Assembly: GCA_963777955.1 (NCBI GenBank)
Contig: CAVZSQ010000019.1
Coordinates: 64,001 to 128,000 of the forward strand
From: Calditrichia bacterium
GTDB lineage: Bacteria; Calditrichota; Calditrichia; JAJRVZ01
DNA length: 64,000 nt
Reading direction: 5' to 3'
A program made the translations under genes and the position numbers. Positions 1 through 10,212 of this stretch are shown here, one piece after another (position 1 is the first letter of the stretch; every line of letters starts with the position of its first letter). A model generated the notes under the pieces. It was not told the DNA's origin. It saw only the letters and a list, made by a program, of their open reading frames with translations, and searched no databases.

Positions 1-363
1 AAGTACTTTGGGAGCGAGCAGAATCCTTTTGAACATATTGGAATTCTGCAGTTTCACGGTCAGAGCCTGCCCCAGCCAGAAATGATAATCTGCCACTTTA
101 TCGTTATTTGCTACAGCTTTTTCACAGCATTCAACAGCATTTTCATAGGCACCTAACTGCAGATGACAACGACCCAAATAATTATAAGCTGCATCATCTT
201 TTTCATTTATTTTTACTTTTTCTTTAAAAAATTCCTTGGCCTGTTCATATTTTTTTTCATTAAACAATTGAATACCCGGATCCAATTTATCACCGGCAAA
301 TAATCGACTGTAACTTACGATACTGACAAATAATAGCATGTTTATAAATTGTACCGATTTCAT
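1..363 (-). CDS. Secreted TPR-repeat protein, runs off the window start (3'-partial)
   Basis: Manual translation from ATG at 363: MKSVQFINMLLFVSIVSYSRLFAGDKLDPGIQLFNEKKYEQAKEFF...AYNYLGRCHLQLGAYENAVECCEKAV...YHFWLGQAL. Signal peptide followed by TPR-pattern helices. Absent from the ORF track because there is no stop in the window. Confidence 0.8.
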   Translation of the reverse strand, partial: MKSVQFINMLLFVSIVSYSRLFAGDKLDPGIQLFNEKKYEQAKEFFKEKVKINEKDDAAYNYLGRCHLQLGAYENAVECCEKAVANNDKVADYHFWLGQALTVKLQNSNMFKRILLAPKVL

Positions 364-427
364 ATAATTACTCACTTTTTTATTTAATCACGAATGTGAC
401 TCAATAATCTGTAAAATAATCTTCAGA

Positions 428-814
428 TCAGGATCTCTCACGATCTTTGTCCAGCAGCCATTTTTCGGCAGCAGCTACCGTTGAGAAAACCCTTACCGGC
501 AAGGCGCGGTTGACCGCAACAGTTTCAGCGAAATGCATCAAATCACCCTTAGCGTTTATATCGACATAGGCGATAGCCTCCAGTTTGCCTATAGTCTCCT
601 CGCTGGCTTCTGTTGCGATCTTAAAAACATCCAGCGTCTCCAGGCGGGATCCTTCCAGCCGCTCTTCAATCAAGACCCTGGAACATTTATGCACGATACA
701 TTCGTGCAGCACCTCCTGCAGATATCTAACGACATTCTCCCTGCTGTTTTGACCGGTAACGATAGCGTGCAGATAATCAGGTTTCTGCTTGATCTTCAGT
801 TTATAGGTCATCAT
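428..814 (-). CDS. Hypothetical protein, SpoIIAA/STAS-SEC14-like fold
   Basis: ~128 aa. The pattern 'RVLIEE...IAYV...FAETVAVNRALPVRVFSTVAAAEKWL' is typical of STAS/SEC14-like small proteins. Confidence 0.6.
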   Translation of the reverse strand: MMTYKLKIKQKPDYLHAIVTGQNSRENVVRYLQEVLHECIVHKCSRVLIEERLEGSRLETLDVFKIATEASEETIGKLEAIAYVDINAKGDLMHFAETVAVNRALPVRVFSTVAAAEKWLLDKDRERS

Positions 815-977
815 CAATCCCTTCTACGGGCAGGATTTGGGAATATTAACTGACCAAGATTAACTTCATAACTCAAGTGAATGAAAAAAACCGGCGGATT
901 TTTGCCACGCAACTGCCATAGCCGCGGGAAAGTGCAGAACAAAAATGTTTTTCCAATGAGTCCCGGGTGATATCATA

Positions 978-1491
978 TTAATAATTATGGCCGATGACAA
1001 CTATGGCTGTCATGATCATGGTCATAAATCCTACATAAAATAAACCCATTCTCATGCGGTCGATTTTATCCCGTTTTTCTATTCTAACATTATCATATTT
1101 GGGTAAAGATGAAATTGAAGCTTTATTTATCGCCTCATTCAACCTTATAAAATCAGCAGTACATCTAAAACTGGTACCAAATCCACCCGGTCGTTTTATA
1201 CCCCTGATATTGATTATATCCGCACCCATGGTGCAGGCTTCCGTCCTTAAAAACTGCATAACGGCTTTTTCGCTATAAAGTGCACTGAATCGGGTATCGC
1301 CCAGGTCAAGCGTTCCGAGAACCACACCGATAGCCGGATCAATTCGAATATTTTCTTTTATTATCAGCGTACAATCCGGCACCTTGATCAATTCCGGTTT
1401 TTCATAACCGTTCCGTGATATAATAGGTGAACAGGCGATATTTATAACTGCCATGACAGGCTAAAAGGACAAGCACCTTAGCATTAAGCAT
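978..1491 (-). CDS. Putative lipoprotein with C-terminal TM helix; one frameshift near 1458
   Basis: ORF 978-1454 plus an upstream ATG at 1491. Removing one base gives MLNAKVLVLLAVMAVINIAC, a lipobox-like signal peptide. The 'EACTMGADIINI' segment resembles small YbjQ-like lipoproteins. Confidence 0.55.
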
Positions 1492-1522
1492 AAGTATCCT
1501 TCTTGAACATTAGTCTATTAAT

Positions 1523-2239
1523 TCAACGCTGGTTTAATATATCATTAGACGAAGCAAGCACCACAAGCACAGCGAGTATTCCGATTATCGCACCAGAGGT
1601 AAAATGTGATTTTCGTTTTGATTTTATTTCATTGCTATAACCATAGGTATAATATTTTTGATCCATTACGCTTAATTCTTTGAGATAGGGCTCAGGGACG
1701 CTTACCTTGGTACTGCCTATAATCGCGTGTCCGATACCCCACCCGATCATACCGGTTCCGAATCCGACCAGAATACCGCAGGCGAATAAACCTGACCCGC
1801 CATAATCTTCATTCGCTTTTGCCTGACCTTCCAAATAATAATCGGTTTTATATTTGTTGAATTGGTCAGTAAATTTATTTAAGGCTTTTTCGTTTAACAA
1901 AGATTCAACGTCGTGCCGTTTAAGATTTACATTGACCAGCACGTCGCCAATTACCAACTGTACCTGATTGTATTTTTGAATTACTTCCAGGGCACATGAT
2001 TCCTGTCTCACAACCACAACCTTTGCTAAACCATAAATAAAAGATGAGTCGGCTGATTGCTTCTGCAGGAAGTACAGATCTCCGAGGTTTACACCGTTCA
2101 ACTCTCCCCTATCAGCCGCAAGGACGTTATCCAGGATCTGCGTAAGTGACATCAACCCCTCCGGCTGAGCGCCGCAGACTCCAGAAAATATCATTAAACA
2201 ATGACTTACGATCAATATCACCGATATACTTCTGCGCAT
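1523..2239 (-). CDS. Hypothetical exported/membrane protein with Gly-rich C-terminal TM hairpin
   Basis: ORF 1523-2281. Likely start MRRSIS at 2239 after AGGAG. Signal peptide present; the C-terminal domain resembles the protein at 23101-23487. Confidence 0.65.
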   Translation of the reverse strand: MRRSISVILIVSHCLMIFSGVCGAQPEGLMSLTQILDNVLAADRGELNGVNLGDLYFLQKQSADSSFIYGLAKVVVVRQESCALEVIQKYNQVQLVIGDVLVNVNLKRHDVESLLNEKALNKFTDQFNKYKTDYYLEGQAKANEDYGGSGLFACGILVGFGTGMIGWGIGHAIIGSTKVSVPEPYLKELSVMDQKYYTYGYSNEIKSKRKSHFTSGAIIGILAVLVVLASSNDILNQR

Positions 2240-2477
2240 TATCTGCTCCTGGTTAGTCTGGACATTTTTATTACCATTCAATGGAATCTTGAAGCGTGAA
2301 TTAGAATTCCGATATTTAAAATATAATCAAGGCTTCGTCCGGATTCAATTAAAATCTGATATCGCTCCACGACCGGAAGCAACCTGGCTATGACGCAGAT
2401 TCAGTTTGCCAGGCACCCGAGTATCTTAATGGATACGTTGTTTATTTCATCGTTATAATAAATCAAAAAAAATATCT

Positions 2478-2497
2478 TGTTTCTATTAATAGAAACA
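2478..2497. promoter_or_regulatory. Perfect 20-bp palindrome, candidate TrpR operator overlapping the trpR-trpB2 promoter
   Basis: TGTTTCTATTAATAGAAACA equals its own reverse complement. It overlaps TTGTTT(2477-2482)-17 bp-TATATT(2500-2505) and ends 17 bp before the trpR ATG. Confidence 0.7.
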
Positions 2498-2514
2498 GAT
2501 ATATTCTAAAGCGT

Positions 2515-2792
2515 ATGATCTCAACTAAAAATATAAAGGAAATATCGATGATCCTGGCCAGAGATCAGAGATGCCGGTCTGATCGAAGAGTTTTTTAAGG
2601 AAATCATGACCAAATCTGAATTAAAAAACCTGGCGTCGCAGATGGGATATTGTAAAATTGCTGGTCCGGGGAACCACCCAGCGAAAAATCGCCAGTGATC
2701 TGCATTTGAGTTTATGCAATATCACCCGGGGTTCGAAAGAATTACATAAAAAAAATTCGGCAATAAAAAAAATAATTCAATTAACTACATAA
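2515..2792 (+). CDS. trpR: Trp repressor family (TrpR/YerC-YecD) regulator; two +1 frameshifts
   Basis: Not in the ORF track. Rejoined reading: MISTKNIKEISMILA..IRDAGLIEEFFKEIMTKSELKNLAS.WDIVKLLVRGTTQRKIASDLHLSLCNITRGSKELHKKNSAIKKIIQLTT*. This has the TrpR signature 'T..E...L..RW....L..G..QR.IA..L..S...ITRGS'. Confidence 0.85.
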
Positions 2793-2818
2793 AAAAGAAT
2801 TTGTATAACTAGGAGAAA

Positions 2819-4195
2819 ATGATGCAGGTAAAAGTTCTGTTGGACGAAAAAGAAATTCCGAGACAGTGGTATAATCTGGCCGCTGATTTCAAACATCCCA
2901 TGCAGCCACCGCTGGGACCGAACGGTAAACCCATTTCGCCGGATATGCTGGCCCCTGTTTTTCCCATGAATCTGATCGAGCAGGAAGTCAGCCAGAAAAG
3001 ATGGATCGATATCCCCGAGGAAATTCTTGAAATATTGTACCGCTGGCGCCCTTCCCCCTTGCACCGGGCCGTCTACCTGGAAAAAGCACTGGGTACACCT
3101 GCAAAAATATATTATAAAAACGAAAGCCTTTCCCCGCCGGGAAGTCATAAGCCGAATACGGCCGTGGCCCAGGCCTGGTACAATAAACAATTCGGCATTA
3201 AAAAAATGACCACCGAAACCGGTGCGGGTCAATGGGGCAGCGCCCTGGCCTTTGCCTGTTCCCTGCTGGGACTGGAATGCAAAGTATACATGGTCCGGAT
3301 CAGTTTTGACCAGAAACCGTTCAGAAAAATGATGATGCAAGTCTGGGGCGCCACCTGTATCGCCAGTCCGAGCGACACCACCCAGGCCGGACGCAATATT
3401 CTGAAAAAGATGCCGGATACGCCGGGCAGTCTGGGCATCGCCATCAGCGAAGCCATCGAGGCGGCGGTTACCGATCCCAAAGGGGAAACCCGCTACTCGC
3501 TGGGCAGTGTGCTCAATCACGTGCTGCTGCATCAGACCATCATCGGCCTGGAAGCAAAAAAACAGTTGGCCAAGGCTGGTGAAAAAAAGGTTGACGTGGT
3601 CATCGGCTGTGCCGGCGGCGGCAGTAATTTTGCCGGACTGGCTTTCCCGTTTGTCAACGATAAAATCAACGGTGCAAAAATAGACATCATCCCGGTAGAA
3701 CCAACATCCTGCCCGACTATGACCCGTGCGCCTTTTGTTTATGACCATGGCGATACCGCCAAGATGACACCGCTGCTGCCAATGCATTCGCTGGGACATG
3801 ATTTCATTCCCCCCCCCATTCATGCCGGCGGTCTGCGTTATCACGGTATCGCTCCGCTGATCAGCCATGCCATCAATGAGGGACTGATAACTCCCCAGGC
3901 CATCGATCAACTGGAGTGCTACGAATCTGCCGTGACCTTCGCGAAGACCGAAGGGATCATTCCGGCTCCCGAGACCAGCCATGCCATCGCCGTAGCTATC
4001 CGCGAAGCGAAAAAGGCCAAAGAAGAAGGAAAAGAGAAGGTGATCCTGTTTAATTTCAGCGGACATGGTTTGATGGATCTAACCGGATATGAAAAATATT
4101 TTAGCAATCAGTTAACGAATTACGCGCTGCCGGAAGCCGAAATGAAGAAGTCACTCAAGGCTTTGGAAGGTTTACCATTACCCCAAAAGGCCTAG
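2819..4195 (+). CDS. trpB2: Tryptophan synthase beta chain-like PLP enzyme (TrpB2 type)
   Basis: [11 protein letters not shown] lysine, [49 protein letters not shown]. TrpB2-type N-terminus, and no trpA nearby. Confidence 0.95.
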   Translation: MMQVKVLLDEKEIPRQWYNLAADFKHPMQPPLGPNGKPISPDMLAPVFPMNLIEQEVSQKRWIDIPEEILEILYRWRPSPLHRAVYLEKALGTPAKIYYKNESLSPPGSHKPNTAVAQAWYNKQFGIKKMTTETGAGQWGSALAFACSLLGLECKVYMVRISFDQKPFRKMMMQVWGATCIASPSDTTQAGRNILKKMPDTPGSLGIAISEAIEAAVTDPKGETRYSLGSVLNHVLLHQTIIGLEAKKQLAKAGEKKVDVVIGCAGGGSNFAGLAFPFVNDKINGAKIDIIPVEPTSCPTMTRAPFVYDHGDTAKMTPLLPMHSLGHDFIPPPIHAGGLRYHGIAPLISHAINEGLITPQAIDQLECYESAVTFAKTEGIIPAPETSHAIAVAIREAKKAKEEGKEKVILFNFSGHGLMDLTGYEKYFSNQLTNYALPEAEMKKSLKALEGLPLPQKA

Positions 4196-4256
4196 ACTAC
4201 CTTGCTAATATATATAGAAGCTGACAGCGCTACGTTTATATTAAGATTTGAGTATT

Positions 4257-4520
4257 ATGGAACAAAAATTTGATACCCGGCAGGGCTATTGCAGGAAGTT
4301 AGGACACCATCTGGCCTTTAAATATTGTCGTGAAGAACATAATGGCTGGCCCTGCCTTAAAATCCGTGATTGCTGGTTTGACGGGATTGATATCGATAAA
4401 TTTCTACAACAGAATTATCAGCAGGACGAAATTGATCACCTGCACAACAGCCCGCAACCAAAGATCGGAACTATTATTGAACTGATCCAGCAAGCCCGGA
4501 AAAATATAGATTACTTATGA
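4257..4520 (+). CDS. Small Cys-rich hypothetical protein
   Basis: CRKLGH...YCREE...PC..IRDCW motif, potentially metal-binding. Confidence 0.65.
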   Translation: MEQKFDTRQGYCRKLGHHLAFKYCREEHNGWPCLKIRDCWFDGIDIDKFLQQNYQQDEIDHLHNSPQPKIGTIIELIQQARKNIDYL

Positions 4521-4587
4521 GCTAAATCTGACAGTGAAGATTTAGTTCAGGGCATTTTCTGGTTTTCCAGATCAATAGGTGTAGACA

Positions 4588-4615
4588 ACCGGTCAGGTGT
4601 TACCATCTGACCGGT
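4588..4615. terminator. Stem-loop between convergent genes, probable intrinsic terminator
   Basis: ACCGGTCAG-GTG-TTAC-CAT-CTGACCGGT followed by ATAATTTTGTT. Confidence 0.6.
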
Positions 4616-4655
4616 ATAATTTTGTTATATTTGTTTCGGCAAATACCATCTAGTA

Positions 4656-6128
4656 CTACTTTAACAAAACCATTTTTAAAGATTCTTTAAAATTATTTGC
4701 CTTAAGTGCACAAATATATATCCCGCTGGAAACCCTGGTTCCTCTAAAATCTGTTCCTGACCACTGGATAGATTTAAATCCGGGTGCTTGTTTCGTATTG
4801 ACCAGGGTATTGACCAGCCTGCCCGCTGTATCATATATACTCAGATTAACATCCGTTGCTTTATTCAACACATAAGATATTGTAGTAACCGGATTAAAGG
4901 GATTGGGATAGTTCTGGAATAATCGAAAATCTGCAATCTGATAATTCTGATCGTCCGGCAGTGACGTGATTAATCCGTTGGCATCTGTTTTTACCAGATA
5001 GATATCGGGCCTTGATCCGGCCCCAAAACTATGAGTATATCCTGTTAAAACAAAACCACCATCGTCGGTTAGTTCCATATCATCAGCCATTTCCTGATTT
5101 GTACCTCCATAAGTTCTGGTCCACAAGGTATCACCGTCGCCATCGGTCTTCACCAGGTAAAAATCAAAAAAGCCGGCACCATAGGTATCTGTATATCCGG
5201 AAAGAGCATATCCACCATCTGCTGTTGTTTGGATTGTAAAAGCTCTTTCATCGGCAGTTCCACCATAAGTTTTCATCCACAATGAATCACCCTGTTCATC
5301 CGTTTTCATCAACAGAAAGTCCGACGCACCCGCGCCAAAACTGCTGGTATATCCCCCTATTATGTAGCCGCCTTCCGGCAGCTCTTGAACAGAAAAAGCA
5401 ATTTCATAACTGGCCCAGTTATATCTTTTTGTCCAGAGTGTATCGCCGGTACTATCCGTTTTTACCAGATACATATACCCTGTTCCATCGCCATAAGTAT
5501 AGTCATCTCCATATCCGGCCATAATATAACCGCTGTCGGCCGTTTGCTGAACCGATTGAGCACGTAAATCTACCCTGGCAGTGCAACCGTAATTTTTACT
5601 CCAGCTCAGCTCGCCGTTCGCAGTTGTTTTAGCCAGGTAGTAACAGGCATAATAATCCTCATCGGCATACCCGCAGATGATATAGCCGCCGTCGAAGGTT
5701 GGCTTAATATCCTCGACATACTCCGCTTCGTCACCACCGATTTTTTTAGTCCACAGGGTATCGCCCTGGTTATCTATTTTCACCAGGTAGATAGCCGATC
5801 TTGCCGGTCCGGTACTGATCACCGCACCACCGGCCAGAAGATATCCATCACCGGTTTCCAGGATATTGTTGGCCCATTGTGACCAGGTGCTGCCGAAAGT
5901 CTTTGTCCAGGCAGTATCACCCAGCTCATCTGTTTTGACTAAATAAATATGCATTGAACCGCCGTCGCCAATCCGGCTATATCCGGCGACCAGATAACCC
6001 TGATCTTGCGTTTGGATCACCGCGTTTGGTTCTTCGGTCTCGACAGTACCGTATGTTTTTTCAAAATTAACCTGAGCCATTACATTCATTACTGAAAGCA
6101 TGATGATCATAATGCCAGAGATTTTCAT
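4656..6128 (-). CDS. Secreted beta-propeller repeat protein with C-terminal sorting (T9SS-type/FlgD-like) domain
   Basis: Signal peptide, seven repeats of 'T.DGGY...GY......YLVKTD..GDTLW.KTYG', and a C-terminal 'LFQNYPNPFNP...KMVLLK'. Confidence 0.85.
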   Translation of the reverse strand: MKISGIMIIMLSVMNVMAQVNFEKTYGTVETEEPNAVIQTQDQGYLVAGYSRIGDGGSMHIYLVKTDELGDTAWTKTFGSTWSQWANNILETGDGYLLAGGAVISTGPARSAIYLVKIDNQGDTLWTKKIGGDEAEYVEDIKPTFDGGYIICGYADEDYYACYYLAKTTANGELSWSKNYGCTARVDLRAQSVQQTADSGYIMAGYGDDYTYGDGTGYMYLVKTDSTGDTLWTKRYNWASYEIAFSVQELPEGGYIIGGYTSSFGAGASDFLLMKTDEQGDSLWMKTYGGTADERAFTIQTTADGGYALSGYTDTYGAGFFDFYLVKTDGDGDTLWTRTYGGTNQEMADDMELTDDGGFVLTGYTHSFGAGSRPDIYLVKTDANGLITSLPDDQNYQIADFRLFQNYPNPFNPVTTISYVLNKATDVNLSIYDTAGRLVNTLVNTKQAPGFKSIQWSGTDFRGTRVSSGIYICALKANNFKESLKMVLLK

Positions 6129-6507
6129 GAGCTTTTCTCCCTTTTAAATTTCAGATGTGCATGAATCTTTTCAGACCAAGACAGATTATCCGATAATAAA
6201 GTATGATTGGCTTAATTTAAAAAATCAAATATATTTAATTTGTATTTGCCGTCACAAGTCATATTATTTTCAAATCTTCTTTACAAAATTCATCACTATC
6301 ACATTCAGAGCAAAGATGATTTGGATCCCGCAGGTCATTCTGCACAGGAATCAGCGGACTGATCCTCATTATTATACTCAAATGGGATTAATATTTAACA
6401 ATTTTGTGTTTATATAATCTATTTATAACAATATTATATACGTTTAATTTTTATTATGTAGGATATGTTATTTAAACCTGAATTACCTTAAAACACAGGT
6501 CACATTG

Positions 6508-8823
6508 ATGTTTAAGCCCATCACCAATCCCTATATTGTCGGGAATCCGATTAAAACAAAAAAAATGTTTTACGGCCGCGAGGACGACTTCGAATTCATC
6601 CGTAAAAAACTGGAAAGTGGCAAAAAAAGTTACATCATCGTACTCTCCGGTGAACGGCGCAGCGGTAAAACCTCGATCCTCTTTCAGATTCTTAATGGCC
6701 AGTTAGGAGACAATTTCATCCCGATCCTGATCGACATGCAGACTATGGCCGGACTAAAAAATGAGGTTGAGTTTTTCGAAAAGTTTGCCCAGGAAACCAT
6801 ACGTTACCTGGACGACCGGTTTGATCTGCATAAATACAACTTTCATTCCGAGCAGGAGAGCCCCTACAAGGTTTTTTCCCGATTGCTTAATGACATGCAT
6901 ACAAACTACCCCTACAAAAATAAACTATTCCTGATCGACGAGTATGAACTGATCGAAATGAAAAGCAGCGAAGGTAGTTTAAGTCCAAGTTTTGTACCAT
7001 TTTTATCCGGGATTCTGGAGAGTGAACGCCGGATCTCGTTTATCTTTACCGGATCAAAAACATTGTCCGAGCGGGATACCACTTACTGGCAAAATTTATT
7101 CGGCAAATCCCTGTTTCGTAATGTCAGTTTTCTATCACAACAGGACACTATTCGATTGATCACCCAACCTGTGGATGGTCAAATCACCTTTTCTGATAAA
7201 GTGCTGGAATCAATATATCGTCTTACCTCAGGCCAGCCTTTCTACACCCAAATCGTAGGTCAGCACATTGTCGATTTTGCAAATGAACATCAAAAAACAC
7301 ATATCAGCACCGCTGAGCTGGACCATATCGTTAATGACATTCTGGAAAATCCCCTGCCGCAGATGATCTATTTCTGGAATAATCTTCCGGAAAGTCAGAA
7401 ACTGCTGCTCTCTCTGCTGGCAGAATTATTAGAGGATGAAAATTCTTATCTGACTGCTTCGGAGGTTGATAAAAAATCCCGTAAAAAGAAATTTGGCGTC
7501 AATCTGGACATCCAGCTGATCAATACCATTCTGGAAACATTGTACCACCATAAATATGTAGCCAAATCTGATAACAGTTATTCTTTCCAGATAGATTTGA
7601 TGCGTCAGTGGATCAAGCGGGATCACTCAATCTGGCGTGTATTGAAGGAAGTGAACATCGAATCCATCATCAGGTCAGAACGTATTGCTTCACCCTCCAT
7701 GGATATTAATCAGGCAGCTCCGGCACCAGGTATAAAGAAACGCTGGACCTGGTCAATCGCTGCTGCAGTGATCATTGTTTCGGTAGTCACAGTATGGTTA
7801 TTGTTCGACCGGACAGACGGTTCTTCTATTCAGAATCAACCTCCGGCAACCAATCCGGCCGGGATCTTGTCCGGGAACGGAAATAAATCAGACCTGGATA
7901 AACCAGTACCGGTAAAAGAAGTGATCCAGGATGAGAAAACCAACGAAAAATCAAGACCGACCATCCCAAACTCATCTGAAAAAAACAGGTCGAGACCTTC
8001 AACAGTGAAACAAAATCTGACCAAAGTGACACAACCGACCACAAACGACCTGGCACTGGACAAACTGGAATCCGTCCGGATGCTGATGCTGCAAAAAAAA
8101 GTTGAATCTGAAAATAGCGGAGCAGCTGCTCTGGCTGCCGGCACATATACTAAAGGACTTGCTGCCGAAACAGAAGCTACAAATTTCGCTGCGCGTGATG
8201 ATTATGAGAGTGCCCTGGAAAAATACCGGCAGGCTCAGGATATTTTCGCTCAGGCAGCACTGGAAAGTAAATCGGCGCTGCAACAGGAAAAAACACAAAT
8301 TACCGGTTTGATTCAACAAATTGATAAAATTCAATCCGAGCTTAAGCAGCAGCACCGTTCCCTGTCTGAATACCGCAGTGCTGAATCGTTAAGAAACAAG
8401 GGAACTGAACAATCCGCACAGGGTGACTTTACGCTGGCCCATAAAAGTTACAGCGAAGCTCTCAGCTTATATAAAGAAACCATCCATATACGAGCGGAGG
8501 ACAACCAGAAGATCCAGACTGCTGTTCAGGGGTATGCCCGCGCCCTGGAATCTAAAAACATTGCCGGTTCCAATTATATCATCAGCAGTTACAAAAAAGA
8601 ATTGGAAAGTGAATGGAAACCATTTTTTAATGTAGCTCAGGACATAAAAATTACTCTGAGTACTCACGAGATTGAATTCAGCAATACCACGGCAAGTTTG
8701 CTTGCCGATGCATTGTTACAGTACCGCGGCGCCGGTGGTTCAGGAAATAAAAATGTCTGGAAATTCGAGTTGGTTAAAACAGGATCAGACTGGATTATCT
8801 CAAAAATAAGTGAAGCTAATTAA
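6508..8823 (+). CDS. STAND-like P-loop ATPase + TM helix + periplasmic helical/TPR-like region + NTF2/SnoaL-like C-terminal domain
   Basis: NPYIVGNPI...FYGRE, Walker A GERRSGKTS, Walker B LFLIDEYE, 'TSGQPFYTQ' GxP motif and winged helix. TM 'WTWSIAAAVIIVSVVTVWLLF', a P/T/S-rich linker, and a C-terminal 'YARALESKNI...WKFELVKTGSDWIISKI'. Confidence 0.85.
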   Translation: MFKPITNPYIVGNPIKTKKMFYGREDDFEFIRKKLESGKKSYIIVLSGERRSGKTSILFQILNGQLGDNFIPILIDMQTMAGLKNEVEFFEKFAQETIRYLDDRFDLHKYNFHSEQESPYKVFSRLLNDMHTNYPYKNKLFLIDEYELIEMKSSEGSLSPSFVPFLSGILESERRISFIFTGSKTLSERDTTYWQNLFGKSLFRNVSFLSQQDTIRLITQPVDGQITFSDKVLESIYRLTSGQPFYTQIVGQHIVDFANEHQKTHISTAELDHIVNDILENPLPQMIYFWNNLPESQKLLLSLLAELLEDENSYLTASEVDKKSRKKKFGVNLDIQLINTILETLYHHKYVAKSDNSYSFQIDLMRQWIKRDHSIWRVLKEVNIESIIRSERIASPSMDINQAAPAPGIKKRWTWSIAAAVIIVSVVTVWLLFDRTDGSSIQNQPPATNPAGILSGNGNKSDLDKPVPVKEVIQDEKTNEKSRPTIPNSSEKNRSRPSTVKQNLTKVTQPTTNDLALDKLESVRMLMLQKKVESENSGAAALAAGTYTKGLAAETEATNFAARDDYESALEKYRQAQDIFAQAALESKSALQQEKTQITGLIQQIDKIQSELKQQHRSLSEYRSAESLRNKGTEQSAQGDFTLAHKSYSEALSLYKETIHIRAEDNQKIQTAVQGYARALESKNIAGSNYIISSYKKELESEWKPFFNVAQDIKITLSTHEIEFSNTTASLLADALLQYRGAGGSGNKNVWKFELVKTGSDWIISKISEAN

Positions 8824-8842
8824 TATCTATTAAGGGGGTTTT

Positions 8843-10144
8843 ATGTTTCAGCGGATTTTTTTAGGGTGTTTTATTATTTTACTGCTGGCCACTGATAGTA
8901 ATGGTCAGACCTTGCAACAACAAATAAATAATATGTTCGGCGAAGTATTGGCTCTAAACCTTAGTCCCGGACAGCATGGAGAACATTTCCTGCCGGTCAA
9001 AGTGGCCAGCAGTCAGGCATTAATAAACTCTTTAAATACATTTATCGGCACGAGCGTAGCATCTTTTCCACTAAGTTCATCCACGGCCGGTGTCACCTTT
9101 GATTTCGGTACCGGGAAACCTGTTCAAACTTCCACCAGTTTTGGTCCTATTTTTGCTGAACGTGCTCAGACTATCGGTGGTAAACGGATTAGTATGGGAC
9201 TGAATTTTACCTACATTGTTTTCAGCAGAATCCGTGGTATTTCTCTCGAAGATCTACGGCTCACTTTTACTCATCAGGATGTGGGTCTGCCGGGCCTGGG
9301 TGACAGTCCCAATGAATTTGACACAATGGATTTTTATATGCGCATGGATATTGCAGCAGCTGTTATGGCTGTGTATTTTACTTATGGAATAACCGACCGC
9401 CTTGATGTCGGCCTGGCCGTTCCGTTCACCAATATCCAGCTGAAGACCTCCCCTTTCGCGCAAATTAACAGTTTCACCTGGGTGAGTAATGACAGTGCCA
9501 ACCACTATTTCGGCGGGACCCAGACCGAACCGATCCTCACCAAATATCCGACTCCAATCAATGATGATGCCACAGGTATTGGAGATATTGCTATCCGGGC
9601 AAAATACAATTTTATCAGAGAGCGGTCCGTTGATTTTGCCGCTATGCTGGAGTACCGGATGGATACGGGAGACGCCGCAAATTTTTTAGGTGCAGGATTT
9701 TCAGCATTACGTGCTTCGGTAATAGGATCAAAAATTTCGGGTGATTTTGCACCCCACCTGAATCTTTCCTACTTGAAAAAATTTACCGATTTGGATCGTG
9801 ATGAATTTGAATTTATTGCCGGCTATGACCAGAAAATCTCCGGATGGCTGACACTGGCGATCGATGTTGTGGGACGATTTGACCTTGGCGATCCGATTGA
9901 GGGTATGCAATTCCCCACCAGTGTGGACATTAAACGGACAGTGGGCAGTACGGAATATGTCAATACTGTTTCGTTGACCAATCTGCCGAATTATGATCAT
10001 GATAATACGATCGATGCTGCCTTCGGTTTCAAGTTGAAATTAAAAGAGGCTCTGCTGGTCATGAGTAACATATTTGTACCCTTGAATCATACCGGCTTAA
10101 GAGCAGATATTATTCCGACGATGGGCCTGGAATTCAGTTTTTAA
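8843..10144 (+). CDS. Outer-membrane beta-barrel protein (MetA-pathway/'transporter'-like)
   Basis: Signal peptide, 'FGPIFAERAQTIG', 'YGITDRLDVGLAVPF', 'ATGIGDIAIRAKY', and a C-terminal BAM-type signal 'GLEFSF'. Confidence 0.8.
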   Translation: MFQRIFLGCFIILLLATDSNGQTLQQQINNMFGEVLALNLSPGQHGEHFLPVKVASSQALINSLNTFIGTSVASFPLSSSTAGVTFDFGTGKPVQTSTSFGPIFAERAQTIGGKRISMGLNFTYIVFSRIRGISLEDLRLTFTHQDVGLPGLGDSPNEFDTMDFYMRMDIAAAVMAVYFTYGITDRLDVGLAVPFTNIQLKTSPFAQINSFTWVSNDSANHYFGGTQTEPILTKYPTPINDDATGIGDIAIRAKYNFIRERSVDFAAMLEYRMDTGDAANFLGAGFSALRASVIGSKISGDFAPHLNLSYLKKFTDLDRDEFEFIAGYDQKISGWLTLAIDVVGRFDLGDPIEGMQFPTSVDIKRTVGSTEYVNTVSLTNLPNYDHDNTIDAAFGFKLKLKEALLVMSNIFVPLNHTGLRADIIPTMGLEFSF

Positions 10145-10212
10145 CACGATAATCGAAGAAAATATGAGGCTGAAACTTAGGCCTGCTGAAAATTAAATAA
10201 AAGATATAGGCG

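Noticed and set aside
2777..4066. 429-aa minus-strand ORF and the many other antisense/overlapping ORFs in the track
   Set aside because: They are shadows of well-supported genes (trpB2, pepP, galK, xylB, the repeat protein and others) and have no recognisable motifs.
6157..6417. 86-aa ORF in the divergent intergenic region
   Set aside because: AT-rich promoter region, GTG start with no RBS, and non-protein-like composition.
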